IMG/VR virus record: IMGVR_UViG_3300045988_123818
From: a virus
Strand: one strand, 5' to 3'
Length of the DNA stretch: 64,000 bases
Shown: positions 61,545 through 64,000 of the stretch, piece by piece
Position numbering within the stretch: the stretch's first letter is position 1
Layout of the letters: each line of letters begins with the position of its first letter
The notes under the pieces: generated by a model
Database searches by the model: none
Told to the model about the DNA's origin: nothing
What the model saw: the letters and a program-made list of their open reading frames with translations, nothing else
Program-made: the position numbers and the translations under genes

Positions 61545-62015
61545 TCAATTCATTCCTTTCAGTCGTTCGGTCTCCTTGCTGTAGTACTCAATAAGTTTCT
61601 CCAGTTCCCAATTCGACCATTTCTTCATTTCGTGCTTCCTCGATTCCAGCAATATCACTCTCTGCTCGCCAATCTTTCTTATCAACCCCTGGCGATAGTC
61701 AAGTATATTACCGTCCTTGTAGCGGTTGCAGTGCCGACATTGCGCCGAACAATTGTCTTCCGAGAACCTTAGAGCCATGTTCGTTCGTGATATGTAGTGT
61801 CCGCAGTCGGCTTGCTCAAACGGCAATACTCTTCCGCAGCTAATACATCTGAAGTACTTAAAGCCAAATTCCTTCGAGTCTCGCAAACGTATATACATCG
61901 AGAACACTCTATCAAGCTTATCCTTAAGCGATTTTGTGCTTCTCCATTTTCCCGTCCTTGCAGTTTTCCCCCAAGTGTCGGACTTGTTTTTATCTTTCTT
62001 TTTCTTCCAAAACAT
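61545..62015 (-). CDS. ninG: NinG/Rap-like recombination protein
   Basis: LDRVFSMYIRLRD...CISCG...CGHYISR...QCRHCNRYKDGN fits the NinG pattern. Confidence 0.8.
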   Translation of the reverse strand: MFWKKKKDKNKSDTWGKTARTGKWRSTKSLKDKLDRVFSMYIRLRDSKEFGFKYFRCISCGRVLPFEQADCGHYISRTNMALRFSEDNCSAQCRHCNRYKDGNILDYRQGLIRKIGEQRVILLESRKHEMKKWSNWELEKLIEYYSKETERLKGMN

Positions 62016-62019
62016 ATCC

Positions 62020-62199
62020 TTAGTATATCTCCTCCTTTCTACCCATGTCGGCAGAACGTTGTTTAATCTTCAAGTTTAGGCAGTGTATCCGCCTCATGCG
62101 CCACTCAAACAGCCTCAGCGAGCCCCTGTCTCTCTCGAGCAGCTTGTATATCTCGTCAACCCTATCTTGATAGGTGCGTGTCGTAAAAAGTTGCAGCAT
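62020..62199 (-). CDS. hypothetical protein (59 aa from the internal ATG)
   Basis: The track ORF extends to 62298, but its 5-prime part is occupied by promoter-like motif copy C. Confidence 0.45.
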   Translation of the reverse strand: MLQLFTTRTYQDRVDEIYKLLERDRGSLRLFEWRMRRIHCLNLKIKQRSADMGRKEEIY

Positions 62200-62328
62200 A
62201 GCATTGGTTTTTAAAGATTTAAAAAAACTGTCTATCCTCCCGAACCAACAGCCCGAATAGTCTAACGACACAGACTCCTCCGTGCCACATCTAAACAAAC
62301 TGCTTTAATATCTGATTGTCAGCTTTCT

Positions 62329-62553
62329 CTATTCTTCAAACATCGGCAATCTCACCTTCCTTCCCCCTAAGGAGTCCAAGGCCATCTTGCGTATGTTCTG
62401 TGCCACGCTCGAGTGTGAACGGTAAGCAAGCGCATTGTACACAGCTGTTCTTTTATATCCAAACCGATTCATCAGTACGGAAATTTGTTCCTTTGGAACA
62501 ATTATTTTCGTTTTATTTATCAACTTTGCCATATTATCTGTATATTTGCACAA
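62329..62553 (-). CDS. small putative DNA-binding protein (Cro-position)
   Basis: Divergent from the CI-like gene. A -7 box TACATTTG lies on the minus strand at 62595-62602. An alternative ATG is at 62532. Confidence 0.5.
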   Translation of the reverse strand: MCKYTDNMAKLINKTKIIVPKEQISVLMNRFGYKRTAVYNALAYRSHSSVAQNIRKMALDSLGGRKVRLPMFEE

Positions 62554-62568
62554 TAAATAAGTTTATGT

Positions 62569-62633
62569 AACGGTTGTAAACCGTTTTACCGATGCAAATG
62601 TACAACTATATGGGCAACTGCCCAAATATTTGG
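62569..62633. promoter_or_regulatory. switch region with three palindromes
   Basis: AACGGTT-gta-AACCGTT (62569-62585), GGGCAacTGCCC (62612-62623) and CCAAATATTTGG (62622-62633). Confidence 0.5.
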
Positions 62634-62697
62634 ACATAAAACTACTTTTTATTTATATATTTTTACATACGATTACATTAATAAACATTTTACAGCT

Positions 62698-63060
62698 ATG
62701 ACAACCATTACCGAACGCCTCGAAGCCCTACGCCGACATTACAACCTCTCGGCTCGTGGTCTTGCCGATCGTCTTGACCAGCGTCCGTCAACAGTCGTAA
62801 ACTATTGCAACGGCTCACAGCCTCCCAAGTTGGAGTTTATCGAGCACGTGTTAGACCTCTTCCCAGAAATCTCTGCAGAATGGCTTATACGAGGCAAAGA
62901 GCCAATGCTCGTCACCGAGCATCCCGACCTTGCCGTGCTTAAGAAAAAGTACGAGACAGAAATACTTGTCAAGGAAGGCATCATTAAAGAGCTGCGCTCC
63001 ATTATTCTGGAGAAGAACCAGAACAAGCAGTCTCCCGACCGTCAACAACTTGTAGGGTAG
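62698..63060 (+). CDS. CI-like HTH repressor (XRE/phage CI N-terminal type)
   Basis: LEALRRHYNLSARGLADRLDQRPSTVVNYCNG...AEWLIRGKEPM. Confidence 0.8.
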   Translation: MTTITERLEALRRHYNLSARGLADRLDQRPSTVVNYCNGSQPPKLEFIEHVLDLFPEISAEWLIRGKEPMLVTEHPDLAVLKKKYETEILVKEGIIKELRSIILEKNQNKQSPDRQQLVG

Positions 63061-63458
63061 TCCCGTTATACCCTTGGCTTAAAAAAGACGATTAAAGCCA
63101 ACAAAAAAAAGGTAGCTGTCCTCACGGATGGCTACCTTAGCAATAAAAGTACAATGTGTATGTAACTAAAAACGTAACTAATAACAACTCTTATATTAAT
63201 TTCTTCGCGACTTCTCTATACCATATCGACTTTTAAAAGTTTTGTCTAAAATAAAGAGAAAGAAACAAAGAGAAAATACAATAATTTATCATCAATATTC
63301 TTCATTAAACTTCTAAAAGAGTTTCAGAAGGCTGATGCTTTTTGAGCAGACTCTCCCCTTATAGAGGACTTGAAAATCCGTCTATAAGTAAGAGTCCGTA
63401 TAACGATGAGTCCCGTCAGGATCAACCCCCGTCACCACCACTTGCCAGCTAACGACAG

Positions 63459-63680
63459 TTAGTGTATGAAGCTTTCGGTGTTCGCTACCGTCCTTCCCGC
63501 GTCTTCTCCAATCAACTCTTGCGCTTCTGCCCTGGGTCCCACTTGCAGTGTTTGTTTCAAGTCGAAATGTTGCGTGGTGTATTTAGCCGTCTCTTCCACT
63601 CCGACCTTTTGAATGGGGACAAAAAAAGAGTCCCCATTCGCCGTTCGTGTAACGCTCCGAACTTTGAACGAGGACTCCAC
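63459..63680 (-). CDS. doubtful 73-aa ORF (GTG start) in a GC-richer island
   Basis: TATCTTTG -7 box on the minus strand at 63743-63750. No motif recognised. The island could instead be an RNA. Confidence 0.25.
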   Translation of the reverse strand: MESSFKVRSVTRTANGDSFFVPIQKVGVEETAKYTTQHFDLKQTLQVGPRAEAQELIGEDAGRTVANTESFIH

Positions 63681-64000
63681 ATATGTTGATTGAAGTATCC
63701 TAAATGCGCCTTATGTTAGTGCGTTACTACTAAAAAGCGATACAAAGATACGTTTTCTTGTTCATCCGACCAAATTCACTTTACATTCGTTAACACCATA
63801 AAAAATCATAATTCCGTAAACTATTTTATAAAATAGTTTGCTTGTTACCCAGAATTTACCTAACTTTGCACCATAAAAACCAAAGAAAGCTGACAATCAG
63901 ATAGTTACAATATATTATAAGTGAACCCTGCGAGGTCACTTTTAGACAATATTGCTTTTTATTTGATTGTATCGCTAACAGCTTCTTTACCAAGCTGTTA

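Overview
This is a densely coded, phage-like 64-kb window with Bacteroidota-style expression signals: TAnnTTTG -7 boxes and A-rich leaders without a Shine-Dalgarno sequence. All calls come from reading the sequence and ORF track by eye; no searches were run. Layout: (1) 0.2-18.8 kb is a virion module. It holds a minimal rhomboid protease, a large unknown 887-aa protein, TerL, a candidate portal, a divergent scaffold and major capsid pair, and a set of tail-fibre cassettes. (2) 18.8-36.4 kb is a minus-strand operon dominated by one 4970-aa polyvalent ORF. Its recognisable parts, in order, are a Gly-zipper region, a ParB-like domain, an SNF2/DExH helicase, an N6-adenine methyltransferase, two HExxH zincins and a C-terminal membrane module. 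(3) 36.4-37.5 kb is an ORF-free hub with tandem 43-45-bp repeats and a G-depleted tract. (4) 37.5-45.0 kb holds an XRE repressor plus membrane protein, an operator array, and a plus-strand early operon that includes PcfM/PcfK/PcfJ-like genes. (5) 45.0-62.6 kb is a minus-strand accessory, replication and recombination block: YopX, MazG-like, DUF2829/Tad2-like, DnaC-like loader, an initiator with internal iterons, DUF3127, an SPFH lipoprotein, an MBL-fold nuclease, RecT, an SbcC-like ATPase, a tRNA-like element and NinG. (6) A CI-like HTH switch sits at 62.3-63.1 kb. No integrase, tape-measure protein, DNA polymerase or endolysin was recognised. The most unusual signals are three. First, a nucleotide-conserved cassette plus a 14-bp inverted repeat recur in-frame inside the giant ORF and also in intergenic leaders. 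Second, a protein-like +1-frame ORF overlaps the giant ORF's only low-complexity linker. Third, several repeated RNA or DNA motifs are not explained by the coding features.
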